A stretch of DNA of 62,052 bases. Origin: Alphaproteobacteria bacterium. Its GTDB lineage: Bacteria; Pseudomonadota; Alphaproteobacteria; Paracaedibacterales; CAIOTO01. The notes below the pieces were generated by a model, which had not been told where the DNA came from, did no database searches, and saw only the letters and a program-made list of their open reading frames with translations. Of the stretch, positions 1-9,587 are shown piece by piece. The position numbers and the translations under genes were made by a program. The stretch's first letter is position 1. The number at the start of each line of letters is the position of its first letter. Location of the stretch: contig CANKZX010000003.1 in the NCBI GenBank assembly GCA_947488275.1, positions 1 to 62,052 on the forward strand. Direction: 5' to 3'.

Positions 1-117
1 ACCTTTTGTTTTGAGGAGCGCTGAAATGAACCCTTCGACAATTTCATAGTCGCCCTTATCCTTCAAAAGGTATTTGATGGCGTAATCAAAACTAATCAGT
101 TGCTTGTCGGATATCAT
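1..117 (-). CDS. Rpn family / PD-(D/E)XK nuclease-family transposase-like protein, N-terminal part (runs off window start)
   Basis: Manual translation from ATG at 117: MISDKQLISFDYAIKYLLKDKGDYEIVEGFISALLKTKG, matching the 'SFDyA.K.LL....y.i.egFisall' N-terminus of this family. Confidence 0.7.
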   Translation of the reverse strand, partial: MISDKQLISFDYAIKYLLKDKGDYEIVEGFISALLKTKG

Positions 118-306
118 GGGTGTGGCTTTGGTTTTTATGTGTGTGCGCCCAGTATAGCATAAAAAACAAGGGGAATCACCTGAAACGTGTTGTTAAAAAT
201 TAACAAGTACTCAAGTTTATTTTTCTTGTGTTGATTTAGTAAAACGTAATTGAATATGTTCAAAATATCATATACAATAAAATTAAATCTTTTTGTTGTA
301 GACGTT

Positions 307-1308
307 ATGTTTCGCGCACCCAATTTTTGGAATAAAAAACAATGGTTTAATTATATTTTGGTTCCACTTTCGTGGTTGTGGACCCGTATTGGACGTTGGA
401 ATGAAGGGCATATTAAGCCCGAACGTGTGTCCGTTCCTGTTATTTGTGTTGGCAATCTTGTGATGGGCGGCGCGGGTAAAACACCGACTGTTATTGCCCT
501 TGTGGATGTTTTAAAAAAAATTGGTCATAATCCGCATATTTTAAGTCGTGGTTATGGTGCCTATATCCGAAATGCGATACGTGTGAATGGTAGTAAGCAT
601 AATTATCTGCAAGTCGGTGATGAACCTCTTTTGCTAGCAGCGGCTGCGCCTACTTGGGCATGTCCTAATCGTGTGCAATCAGCCAAAGCGGCCATCAAAG
701 AAGGCGCGACAATTCTGATTATGGATGATGGTTTGCAAAATCCATCCCTTGAAAAAGATCTTAGTTTCATTGTCGTTGATACCGTGCAGGGTATTGGAAA
801 CGGTATGGTTTTTCCAGCGGGACCTTTGCGTGAGCCTGTGCCATCAGGTGTGGATCGTGCGCAGGCGATGATTGTGATTGGTAGTGATAATCCATTATCT
901 GAGTATGCTGATCGTGAATTTCATGCAAAAATTACGTGTTTAAAGCAGCAACATGGTAAACGAGTCGTTGCCTTTGTGGGTATTGGCTATCCTGAAAAAT
1001 TTCGTGTGACATTAATTGAAAATGGTTATTTGCTCTGTGATTTTGTAACATTTGCGGATCATCATCCTTATACAATTCCTGATATGATTAAGCTTGTTAA
1101 GCTTGCGGAGCTTCATCATGCGACGCTTATAACGACAGCTAAAGATTGGATTCGTGTGCCAAGTGAGCATCGTTCCTCTGTGGATTCGTTGCCTGTTGTT
1201 TTGAATTTTGAGGATCCTGACAAAATTCAATCATTCATTACAAAGAGCCTACAAGACTATATAGGTGACATTGAAAAAATGCCGCTTACGACATCAAGTA
1301 ACCTTTAG
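307..1308 (+). CDS. lpxK: Tetraacyldisaccharide 4'-kinase
   Basis: VGNLVMGGAGKTP, SRGYG, GDEP, DDGLQ, PAGPLREP, FADHH motifs; probable start MFRAPNFW at 307. Confidence 0.95.
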   Translation: MFRAPNFWNKKQWFNYILVPLSWLWTRIGRWNEGHIKPERVSVPVICVGNLVMGGAGKTPTVIALVDVLKKIGHNPHILSRGYGAYIRNAIRVNGSKHNYLQVGDEPLLLAAAAPTWACPNRVQSAKAAIKEGATILIMDDGLQNPSLEKDLSFIVVDTVQGIGNGMVFPAGPLREPVPSGVDRAQAMIVIGSDNPLSEYADREFHAKITCLKQQHGKRVVAFVGIGYPEKFRVTLIENGYLLCDFVTFADHHPYTIPDMIKLVKLAELHHATLITTAKDWIRVPSEHRSSVDSLPVVLNFEDPDKIQSFITKSLQDYIGDIEKMPLTTSSNL

Positions 1309-1372
1309 AGACTTGATTTTAGCTCTATCGCAGGTCAAACTAATATAAAATATATAAGGTATAGGATCTTGA

Positions 1373-1975
1373 ATGAAAGACACTGGGATTGATGTGTCAT
1401 CTGAGGATGTTAATGGCGTGACTGAAATAAATGAAACAGATGGTGCACTCAATGATGGCACGACACGTCGTGATTTCTTAACGTTAACAGCATCTGCTGT
1501 TGGTGTTGTTGGTGCGTGTGCTGTTGCTTTGCCATTCATTAAAAGTATGAATCCTGCCGCTGATGTGTTGGCACAAGCATCAATTGATGTGCCTTTAAAA
1601 GATATTGCTGAAGGTACAAGTAAAGTTGTGATGTGGCGTGGTAAGCCTGTTTTTATTCGGCATCGCACAAAAGACGAAGTCCAACGTGTTCAAAAAACAG
1701 CGCTTCGTGATTTAAAAGATCCCCAAACGGATCAGGAACGATTTGCAAAGAATCCCGTTTGGTTGATCGTTGTTGGTGTGTGTACGCACTTAGGGTGTGT
1801 GCCGAATGAACGCCGCAGTATGCAGGCAGGGGATGCAAAAGGTGGCTGGCTTTGTGCATGTCATGGATCTGTTTATGATGAATCAGGGCGTATTGTAACA
1901 GGGCCAGCACCCACAAATCTAGAGGTGCCACCCTATCAATTTATGAATAACGGCGCTGTGCTTCGTATTGGGTAA
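1373..1975 (+). CDS. petA: Ubiquinol-cytochrome c reductase Rieske iron-sulfur subunit
   Basis: Tat motif TRRDFL, CTHLGC and CACHGS Rieske boxes, GPAPTNL. Confidence 0.95.
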   Translation: MKDTGIDVSSEDVNGVTEINETDGALNDGTTRRDFLTLTASAVGVVGACAVALPFIKSMNPAADVLAQASIDVPLKDIAEGTSKVVMWRGKPVFIRHRTKDEVQRVQKTALRDLKDPQTDQERFAKNPVWLIVVGVCTHLGCVPNERRSMQAGDAKGGWLCACHGSVYDESGRIVTGPAPTNLEVPPYQFMNNGAVLRIG

Positions 1976-2627
1976 CGCCTTCAGTTTGTGCATTGGTTAC
2001 TTCTTTTTGAGTGTATGTCCAGACAAAGCCAGGCGGGATGTTCATCCAAAGAGAAGCCGTACGCGTCTGATTAATTGCTGTTGAAAACTCAATAGGTGAT
2101 TTTGGACTGTAGGTTACGTGTATAATTCTTCCGCCTGGCTTTAAAACGTTAAATGCGGCATCAATAATGGCAAGGCGTTGTTTCTTTTCGAGATACATCA
2201 GCGGAATAGCTGATACAACCGTATCAACAGTGCCAACCCATTCGGCTGGAATAAGTGTGTCAAGGTATGTGGCATCCCCTTCGATAATATGAGGAAAGGG
2301 AGTCTGTCCATCATAAAGACCTGGAAGCGTTTTTTTTAAGAACGTTGTGAGGGATGAGTCGAGCTCAACCACGGCAAGATTATGGGGATGAATGCCTTTT
2401 TCCAATAGTGCACGTGTTAGACGACCTGTTCCAGCGCCAATTTCAACGGCACGTTCGTTTGCATCAATAGGCGCGGCTGCTGATGTTGCAAGACGCACCG
2501 AAATAGGGGCGAGCGTGCCTAATCTGCCTGGATGTTTAATCCATTGTTTGAAAAATAATGAATTTTCTTTTTTTCTCAAATGAATATTGTATGCATGATT
2601 GAAATTAAGGGTCATATATAAAAGCAT
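1941..2627 (-). CDS. Class I SAM methyltransferase, PmtA-like phospholipid N-methyltransferase
   Basis: F.qW...P..lG.laP.S..lA, VEIGAGTG, VSAIPL, LKPGG, NIPP motifs; 3' end overlaps petA convergently. Confidence 0.8.
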   Translation of the reverse strand: MLLYMTLNFNHAYNIHLRKKENSLFFKQWIKHPGRLGTLAPISVRLATSAAAPIDANERAVEIGAGTGRLTRALLEKGIHPHNLAVVELDSSLTTFLKKTLPGLYDGQTPFPHIIEGDATYLDTLIPAEWVGTVDTVVSAIPLMYLEKKQRLAIIDAAFNVLKPGGRIIHVTYSPKSPIEFSTAINQTRTASLWMNIPPGFVWTYTQKEVTNAQTEGVTQYEAQRRYS

Positions 2628-2664
2628 CTCTTAAAAGAATAATGGTAGATTTTTAATATACGCG

Positions 2665-3537
2665 TTATGGAAGTGTTGCATCAACAGATATTAATTTTTT
2701 TCCTTTGTCTAAACGCCATGATGTTTGAAACGAAATTCGTTCAGCAGGAACAATTGTTTGTTTAGGAAACGCATATTCCCAGGTTGCTAATGTGCATTTT
2801 TTATTGGATGCATCGTTAGGGGCGCAGGCGCCCCAAGCAATCAGTCGAATGGGTCTTAGATTTGATGGGTGTTGATTGGTATTGATAACTTCCCCCATGA
2901 CAATGACATTTATGTTTCCATCGGGCAGCTCTTTTGCTTCCCATTGTACATGTTGCACCGAGAGTGGTAGAGTCATAGCGATGGATTTTGTGACTTGATT
3001 AGGCGTCAATTGCTCCCATTTTTTTAAGAATAAATCGTGGTAATTGTAAAGTATTCCTAAAAAAATAGCGAGCAAGAGAAGAATCAGTATCCAAAATCCT
3101 TGAGCTGATTCACGCTTTTTTCGTGTGTAGAAGGTGTTAATATCATGAATCCGAAGAGGCGGCGGTTTTAATCGACTGCGTTTTTCAGGCGCTGCTGCTT
3201 GTGGGGCAAGCACAGGTAAGTTTGTGATCTGAGGGTGGCCACGGCGCAGTAAGTTATTATTTTTATTTTCATGTGCAAAATTAAGAATGCGTGGATCAAC
3301 CGAGGTATCAAGATTTTTTGAATGCAAGAAATTCGAAGAAGTATTCTGTGATGTTGTCGTGTCAGAATCATCAGACGTTGCCGCTGCATAGACAAGTTTT
3401 AGCCACCATTGTGTATCGCATTGACCGCATTCAAATTTCCATCCCCATGAATCATAGACGCCATTAAACTTGGGAGCAGGCATTTTTGCTGGTATCAGCT
3501 CGTAAGCGCGCTTGCAATTTGGACAATTTACATTCAC
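2665..3537 (-). CDS. Zinc-ribbon (MJ0042-type) / TM / DUF3426-like protein
   Basis: N-terminal CPNC...CGQC, one TM helix, C-terminal 'V.GEV.N...P.ErisF' domain. Confidence 0.65.
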   Translation of the reverse strand: MNVNCPNCKRAYELIPAKMPAPKFNGVYDSWGWKFECGQCDTQWWLKLVYAAATSDDSDTTTSQNTSSNFLHSKNLDTSVDPRILNFAHENKNNNLLRRGHPQITNLPVLAPQAAAPEKRSRLKPPPLRIHDINTFYTRKKRESAQGFWILILLLLAIFLGILYNYHDLFLKKWEQLTPNQVTKSIAMTLPLSVQHVQWEAKELPDGNINVIVMGEVINTNQHPSNLRPIRLIAWGACAPNDASNKKCTLATWEYAFPKQTIVPAERISFQTSWRLDKGKKLISVDATLP

Positions 3538-3720
3538 TTGCTTAATAAACTTTCAAACATTATTGCGTGTACGTGGATATATCCTACTTACCAGGGTATG
3601 CGTCGTTAGGTCTGAATTGCAAGCATTCCGTGTATGTATGTCAGGAAATAGAATCAATATTGTGTTTTTTTAACGTGCCATCTAAACTAGAGGTATTGGT
3701 TTTTCTGGTTTTTAAATGTA

Positions 3721-4473
3721 ATGAAAATAGTTTGTGCTTATGTGTTTATTATTTGTGCGTCATCGGTTTGTGCGCATGAGCATGTCGCGCCAAAATTGCC
3801 AAAGATTGAGTGGTCATTTGATGGTTTCCGTGGTGTTTTTAAACGTGACCAGCTGCAACGTGGCTTTCAGGTGTATAAAGAAGTATGCGCAGCGTGTCAT
3901 GGTGTGAAACGTGTTGCCTATCGGAATTTAGCGTCGCTTGGTTTTTCAGAGGCAGAGATTAAAGCACTCGCCGCTGCACAAGAAGTTTCAGATGGTCCCG
4001 ATGCAGAGGGTAAAATGTTTCGAAGACCCGCGTTGCCTAAAGATGTAATCCTTAGTCCGTTTCCAAATGATAATGCTGCGCGCGCCGTTAATAATGGTGC
4101 GCTTCCTCCTGATTTATCTTTAATCGTAAAGGCACGTACTGATGGGGCTAATTATGTGTATGCGTTGCTAACAGGTTATGCAAAGCCACCAGCAGGGATA
4201 TCCGTTGGGGAGGGGCAGCACTACAATCTTTATTTCCCAGGAAATCAGTTGTCTATGGCTGCACCTCTTCGGGATGGAGCCGTTTCGTATAGTGATGGTA
4301 CGGTTGCTAGTGTGAGCCAAATGGCAAAAGATGTGGTGGCATTCTTAGCATGGGCGGCTGAGCCTGAAATGGAAGAGCGAAAGCAATTAGGTGTTAAAGT
4401 CTTTTTATATCTGGTGCTGATGACAGGGCTTTTTTATGCGACAATGCGCCGTATTTGGAGTCGCGTGAGGTAG
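3721..4473 (+). CDS. petC: Cytochrome c1
   Basis: RGFQVYKEVCAACH heme motif, NNGALPPDLSL, FLAWAAEP, C-terminal TM. Confidence 0.95.
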   Translation: MKIVCAYVFIICASSVCAHEHVAPKLPKIEWSFDGFRGVFKRDQLQRGFQVYKEVCAACHGVKRVAYRNLASLGFSEAEIKALAAAQEVSDGPDAEGKMFRRPALPKDVILSPFPNDNAARAVNNGALPPDLSLIVKARTDGANYVYALLTGYAKPPAGISVGEGQHYNLYFPGNQLSMAAPLRDGAVSYSDGTVASVSQMAKDVVAFLAWAAEPEMEERKQLGVKVFLYLVLMTGLFYATMRRIWSRVR

Positions 4474-4559
4474 TGTTACTTGCCTCCTTGTAAAAGAACT
4501 CTAATTTTAACGTTTTATTTACACAAAGCTTACTATAATAGGTCTATCGTTATAATAAA

Positions 4560-7500
4560 TTGTGGATATATAGTGTGACACATACTTCATTACTTGAAAA
4601 AATCGTTGATATATGTATTCATGAGTATAAAAATAAATCAACTTCTTATTCAGTTGAATCAGAAAAGACGCTGACACTTTTTATCCGTAAATTTTACGCG
4701 CATGTAAGTATTGATGCCATTATCGAATCAAATGGTTATTATGATATTGAATTTCTGGCTGCGTTTGTTATGCGTGCCTGGGAAGTTATGTATATTCATC
4801 ACAAAGATACATCACTGATTGATGTGTTTGAGATTCCTGCTAAATCCATTGGAAATACGCGTGATAATAGAGTGAGTGCCATTGATTGTCGTTCGATTGT
4901 TGTGACAATTATTACGAATAATCGCCCATTTTTGCTGGATAGTTTGCATGCCCTTTTAAAAAGTACGAATCAAAAAGCTGAGCTTATTGTACATCCTGTT
5001 TTTAGGGTAATGCGGAGTAATGAAGGGTGTTTAGAACAAATTCATAATAGTGATTTTATTACATCGAAAAATAGCCCGATTGAATCCCTTGTTTCAATGG
5101 TGATCACACGTGATGATACGAATCCCCATCAAGCAAACATTAAGCAGCTTTTGCATGAACGTATTGAGCATGTTGCATCGGTTGTCAATGATTTTTCATT
5201 ATGTACGCGCGCGTTATCGTGTGTAAGTGAGTTGTATAAAAAATCAAGCAATTTAGAATATTCAACATATTCAACATATTCAACAACAGAAAAAACAAAA
5301 AAATCTGAGTTAACACGTATTCATAATCAATCATCGCTCTCAGAAATAAGCCTTTTTTTTGATTGGTTGAAAGATGGTCATTTTGTTTTTCTTGGTGCAC
5401 GTTATTTTGCGGCACAGTTTTCGGATCAGGATAAAAATAATCCCTTAATCTTTAAATCAGTTGCGCATGAAGGGTTAAGTGATAATGGATGTGGTTTATT
5501 TCATCATCATTTCTTTCAAACAGCACCTGATTTGTTTCCAATAGAAAAGCAACGAACGCGTATCGTGAATCATGAAAAAGAGACGGCATTAGAAAAAGTA
5601 ATAAGCGGGGATAATATAACAAATCGTGTGCGTCCGTTTATTTCAATTTCAAAAAGTCCCGTTCGATCAACGGTTCATAAAAACTCACGGCTTGATTGTA
5701 TTGAAGTCATGGATATTGATGAACATGGAACTTTATGTGGTATTTATCAATTTATTGGTATTTTTACACGGCAATTCTTTAAGACATCGCCTTTTCAGGT
5801 GCCTCTCTTACGTCATAAAGTGCAGTGTGCCTTTGATCTTTTTGGTCTTGATTCAGTTAGCTATGATGGAAAAGTCTTAATCTCAATTTTATCGGCGATT
5901 CCTCATGATGAGTTGTTTCATTTTGATCGTAATTCATTACACATGTTTTGTGAAAAAATCTTGTATCAAAAACAGCGTCTTGCGGTGCATATAACGCCTG
6001 ATCCATTAGGTTTTTTCGTTACAGCGCTTATTTTCTTGCCGCGCGAGAAATACAACCCTGACTTTAAAGAGCAGGTAAAAGCTTATTTGAGCCGTGTATT
6101 TGATGGTCCTGTTAAAACCGAACATGCGTTTGTGACGGAACAGTACTTTGCCCATCTTCAGGTTGTGATTGGGTATGATAACGAGCGAGAAGTTGCCTTT
6201 GATCTTGATCAAATTGAAAGTGATCTGAATGCCTTATGTAAAACATGGGAAGAACGTCTTGAAAAAGAATTGGCACAGCAGATCGCAAAGAATGATTCAC
6301 TTAATTTTATAAATATTAAAGATGTACGTTCTGTCTTTCCTGATATCTATCAAAAACTTTTTTCAATGGATGAAGGTGCGCGTGATTTTAAGCAAGCTTT
6401 GCTTGCACTTTCGGATCCTCGTCATTATGGAGTAGCCGTCAATTTTAGTGGGACGAATACATTTACCCTTCAAATTTTTAATAAAGATGAGAAGGCATCC
6501 CTATCTGAGTTAATGCCATATTTTCAGAATTTGAATTTGAATGTATTGAGCGAGTCTGATTACCGATTATCTTTATCGAGTAATGTTTTATATATGCATA
6601 ATTTTGAATGTATGGCGCCATTAGGCTTTGATCAGGCGACGGCGAATCGTTTGCTTGATGCTTTTTTAGAACTTCGTTATCATGTGTTAGAAAATGATTC
6701 ACTTAATGCACTTGTTTTGCAGTCAACATTAATGGCGCGGCATATTATGCTTTTGCGTGCTTTCGTACGTGCGATGCGCCAGATGCAATTCCCATTTTCA
6801 ATGAGTTACATTGCAAATGCATTGCTTATTTACCCACAGATTATTCAACAAATCTTTGTCTATTTTGATGCACGTTTTAATCCTGCACTTAAATTATCTA
6901 AACGTAAAGAGTTGATGGATGAAGGCGAGCAGCAGTTAAATGTAATGTTCCAAACAATTACACGAAACGATCATGATTTGATTATCAGGCACCTTTTTTC
7001 GATGGTAAAAGCGTGTGTTCGAACCAATGCGTATCAAAATAAAGAATATGTATCCTTTAAGTTTGATGCGAAACAGATTCCAGATTTGCCAAAGCCTGTG
7101 CCATTGTTTGAGATTTTCGTCTATACCCCTTTTATGGAAGGTCTTCATTTACGTGGGGGGAAAGTAGCTAGGGGTGGTATTCGTTGGTCTGAACGTCTTG
7201 AGGATTTCAGGCAAGAAATATTAGGTCTTGTGAAAGCGCAAATGGTAAAGAATTCCATTATTGTTCCGCTTGGTGCTAAGGGTGGTTTTATTTGCAGACG
7301 TTATGAAGATATGTTGCATGCAGGTGTTTCTGCACATGTGTTACGCGAAGAAATTATCAGTTGCTATCAAACCTTTATTCGTGGATTGCTTGATATAACC
7401 GATAATCAGGTGAAAGGTGTGTGTGTTCATCCCGATAATGTTGTGTGTCATGATGATTATGATCCTTATCTTGTTGTTGCGGCAGATAAAGGGACAGCAA

Positions 7501-9434
7501 GTTTTTCAGATTATGCGAACGCGTTATCTAAAGAATATAATTTTTGGCTTGATGATGCCTTTGCGTCGGGTGGATCGCAAGGGTACGATCACAAAAAAAT
7601 GGCGATTACATCGCGTGGCGCCTGGATTTCTGTGCAAAAGCATTTCGCTGATTTGGGTATGAACGATCAAGCGCCTTTTAGCGTTATTGGTGTGGGCGAC
7701 ATGGCAGGTGATATTTTTGGTAATGGAATGCTTCGCTCCCCCTTTATAAAGCTTATTGGTGCGTTTAATCATAGCCATATATTTCTTGACCCTAATCCAG
7801 ACTGCAAAAAGAGTTACGCTGAACGCCAACGTTTGTTTACATTGCCGACATCATCGTGGGCTGATTACAATGTTGATTGTATTTCAGCTGGGGGTGGCGT
7901 CTTTAAACGCGATATGAAATTGATTCCTTTGTCACGTGAAGTTAAGCAAGCTTTGTTATTGCCTGATGATTTAGTGCACGTAACACCTGAACAGCTTATT
8001 CAGTATCTTTTAAAGGCGCGTGTTGATTTGTTGTGGTTTGGTGGTATTGGAACATATGTTCGCGCGAGTTATGAAACAAATATTGATGTTCGTGATGGCA
8101 ATAACGATGCTCTTCGTATTGATGCAACGGAACTAAAAGCACGTGTTATTGGTGAAGGTGCTAATTTAGCAATGACCCAAAAGGCACGTATTGAATATGC
8201 CTTATTGGGTGGTTGTATTAATACGGATGCGATCGATAATTCAGGTGGCGTGAGTTGTTCTGATCATGAAGTGAACATTAAGATTTTATTTAGTCAGCTG
8301 ATGCAGGCAGGTAGAATTACGCGTGAAGAGCGTAATCAGCTTCTCAAAGAAATGACAGAAGACGTTGCGGGTCTTGTGCTTGCTGATAATAGTCAGCAAA
8401 ATGCGGTTTTGTCTCATTTGCAACGCGATGCTGAGGAAGATTTAGATGCTTATAAGACGCTTCTTGCCGTGCTTTGTAATGACCCACATCAGCCCCTTAA
8501 TTTAAAGTTAGAGTCATTGCCGACTGATAAAGATATTGATCAACGTGTTCATGATAACTTAAGTCTGACACGTCCTGAGCTCGCTGTGATTTTGGCGTAT
8601 AGTAAAATTATTGTATTTAAACAGCTTTTGAACACAGGTACAGATCAGTATACGCACTATGATAATCTTTTATTGACTTATTTTCCAAAGGAACTTCAAA
8701 AACGATATGGTGATGCGATTAAACAGCATCCACTTGCTCGTGAAATTATAGCAACAGTTCTCTCGAATGCTATCCTTAATCATTTAGGACCTGTTGCCGT
8801 CTTTGAATTGATTCAATTGAATAATAATGATGTATGGGGCGTTGTTGAGGCTTATCATAACATGTATCAGTTGTGTGGTGAGCAGCTTGCTTTGTTGCCT
8901 CATCAGGAAAATGTCCAGCTTATGCAGCAATTGGTTGTGGCATTCATTCATTCATCTCATCGTGGATCGTTAGTTGATTGTACAAAGATGTTGAAGGTGT
9001 GGGCATCACATATGCCTGTTCAGGCATTGGCTGAAACAGTTGAATTGTGTAATAGAATTGCACAAAAGACGGATTTAAAAAACGTAAATGTGGAAGATTT
9101 GACCGATATTTATAAACAATTAAATGATGTTCTTGGTTTAAGTACGTTTACAGCGTTATCAGCGAAATTAAAACTTATAACGCCATGGCAGCGTCAAACA
9201 AAAGCATTGTTGTTAAATGATTGGACAAAACTTCAGGTGCGTTTAATTTTGTTTGTTTATGAAACAGAGGTAGGGTGTGCATGGTTTAATGATATTGTGC
9301 AAAATGCATCAAATGATATTGAAGCTATTCAGGTGTTGGGTCGTATTCAAAATCAGACGGTTGTGCATGATCTTGGATTTATGGCGTATTTTATTCGTTA
9401 TTTTGAGAGCGTGGTCAATAAGCATTATCCATGA
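4560..9434 (+). CDS. gdhB: Large NAD-specific glutamate dehydrogenase
   Basis: HLRGGKVARGGIRWS, KAQMVKN, VAADKGTA, GVGDMAGDIFGNG, EGANL, NTDAIDNSGGV; exact start uncertain. Confidence 0.9.
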   Translation: MWIYSVTHTSLLEKIVDICIHEYKNKSTSYSVESEKTLTLFIRKFYAHVSIDAIIESNGYYDIEFLAAFVMRAWEVMYIHHKDTSLIDVFEIPAKSIGNTRDNRVSAIDCRSIVVTIITNNRPFLLDSLHALLKSTNQKAELIVHPVFRVMRSNEGCLEQIHNSDFITSKNSPIESLVSMVITRDDTNPHQANIKQLLHERIEHVASVVNDFSLCTRALSCVSELYKKSSNLEYSTYSTYSTTEKTKKSELTRIHNQSSLSEISLFFDWLKDGHFVFLGARYFAAQFSDQDKNNPLIFKSVAHEGLSDNGCGLFHHHFFQTAPDLFPIEKQRTRIVNHEKETALEKVISGDNITNRVRPFISISKSPVRSTVHKNSRLDCIEVMDIDEHGTLCGIYQFIGIFTRQFFKTSPFQVPLLRHKVQCAFDLFGLDSVSYDGKVLISILSAIPHDELFHFDRNSLHMFCEKILYQKQRLAVHITPDPLGFFVTALIFLPREKYNPDFKEQVKAYLSRVFDGPVKTEHAFVTEQYFAHLQVVIGYDNEREVAFDLDQIESDLNALCKTWEERLEKELAQQIAKNDSLNFINIKDVRSVFPDIYQKLFSMDEGARDFKQALLALSDPRHYGVAVNFSGTNTFTLQIFNKDEKASLSELMPYFQNLNLNVLSESDYRLSLSSNVLYMHNFECMAPLGFDQATANRLLDAFLELRYHVLENDSLNALVLQSTLMARHIMLLRAFVRAMRQMQFPFSMSYIANALLIYPQIIQQIFVYFDARFNPALKLSKRKELMDEGEQQLNVMFQTITRNDHDLIIRHLFSMVKACVRTNAYQNKEYVSFKFDAKQIPDLPKPVPLFEIFVYTPFMEGLHLRGGKVARGGIRWSERLEDFRQEILGLVKAQMVKNSIIVPLGAKGGFICRRYEDMLHAGVSAHVLREEIISCYQTFIRGLLDITDNQVKGVCVHPDNVVCHDDYDPYLVVAADKGTASFSDYANALSKEYNFWLDDAFASGGSQGYDHKKMAITSRGAWISVQKHFADLGMNDQAPFSVIGVGDMAGDIFGNGMLRSPFIKLIGAFNHSHIFLDPNPDCKKSYAERQRLFTLPTSSWADYNVDCISAGGGVFKRDMKLIPLSREVKQALLLPDDLVHVTPEQLIQYLLKARVDLLWFGGIGTYVRASYETNIDVRDGNNDALRIDATELKARVIGEGANLAMTQKARIEYALLGGCINTDAIDNSGGVSCSDHEVNIKILFSQLMQAGRITREERNQLLKEMTEDVAGLVLADNSQQNAVLSHLQRDAEEDLDAYKTLLAVLCNDPHQPLNLKLESLPTDKDIDQRVHDNLSLTRPELAVILAYSKIIVFKQLLNTGTDQYTHYDNLLLTYFPKELQKRYGDAIKQHPLAREIIATVLSNAILNHLGPVAVFELIQLNNNDVWGVVEAYHNMYQLCGEQLALLPHQENVQLMQQLVVAFIHSSHRGSLVDCTKMLKVWASHMPVQALAETVELCNRIAQKTDLKNVNVEDLTDIYKQLNDVLGLSTFTALSAKLKLITPWQRQTKALLLNDWTKLQVRLILFVYETEVGCAWFNDIVQNASNDIEAIQVLGRIQNQTVVHDLGFMAYFIRYFESVVNKHYP
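5258..5284 (+). repeat. In-frame 9-bp tandem repeat (ATATTCAAC x3) within gdhB
   Basis: Read directly; encodes YSTYSTYST. Confidence 0.8.
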
Positions 9435-9533
9435 AAATCGATAACATGACTTAGTGATTTTCATGGTAAGATGTATGTTTAGATAAATAAGTCCATGAAA
9501 ATCGATAATATGACTTAGTAATTTTCATGGTAA
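9428..9533. repeat. Two 42-bp direct repeats, each a palindrome (CCATGAAAAT-N18-ATTTTCATGG), upstream of AAA ATPase 1
   Basis: 9428-9469 and 9492-9533, 2 mismatches, 22-bp spacer. Confidence 0.9.
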
Positions 9534-9587
9534 ATTAAATTTATACGTGTATTATTATGTTATAATATCATACGAAATGTATCAGTC

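Noticed and set aside
3538-3720. petB remnant or 70-aa ORF 3567-3779
   Set aside because: No cytochrome b motifs; looks like a divergent promoter region.
9428-9533. CRISPR array call
   Set aside because: Only two repeats, a 22-bp spacer and no cas genes; kept as a palindromic repeat.
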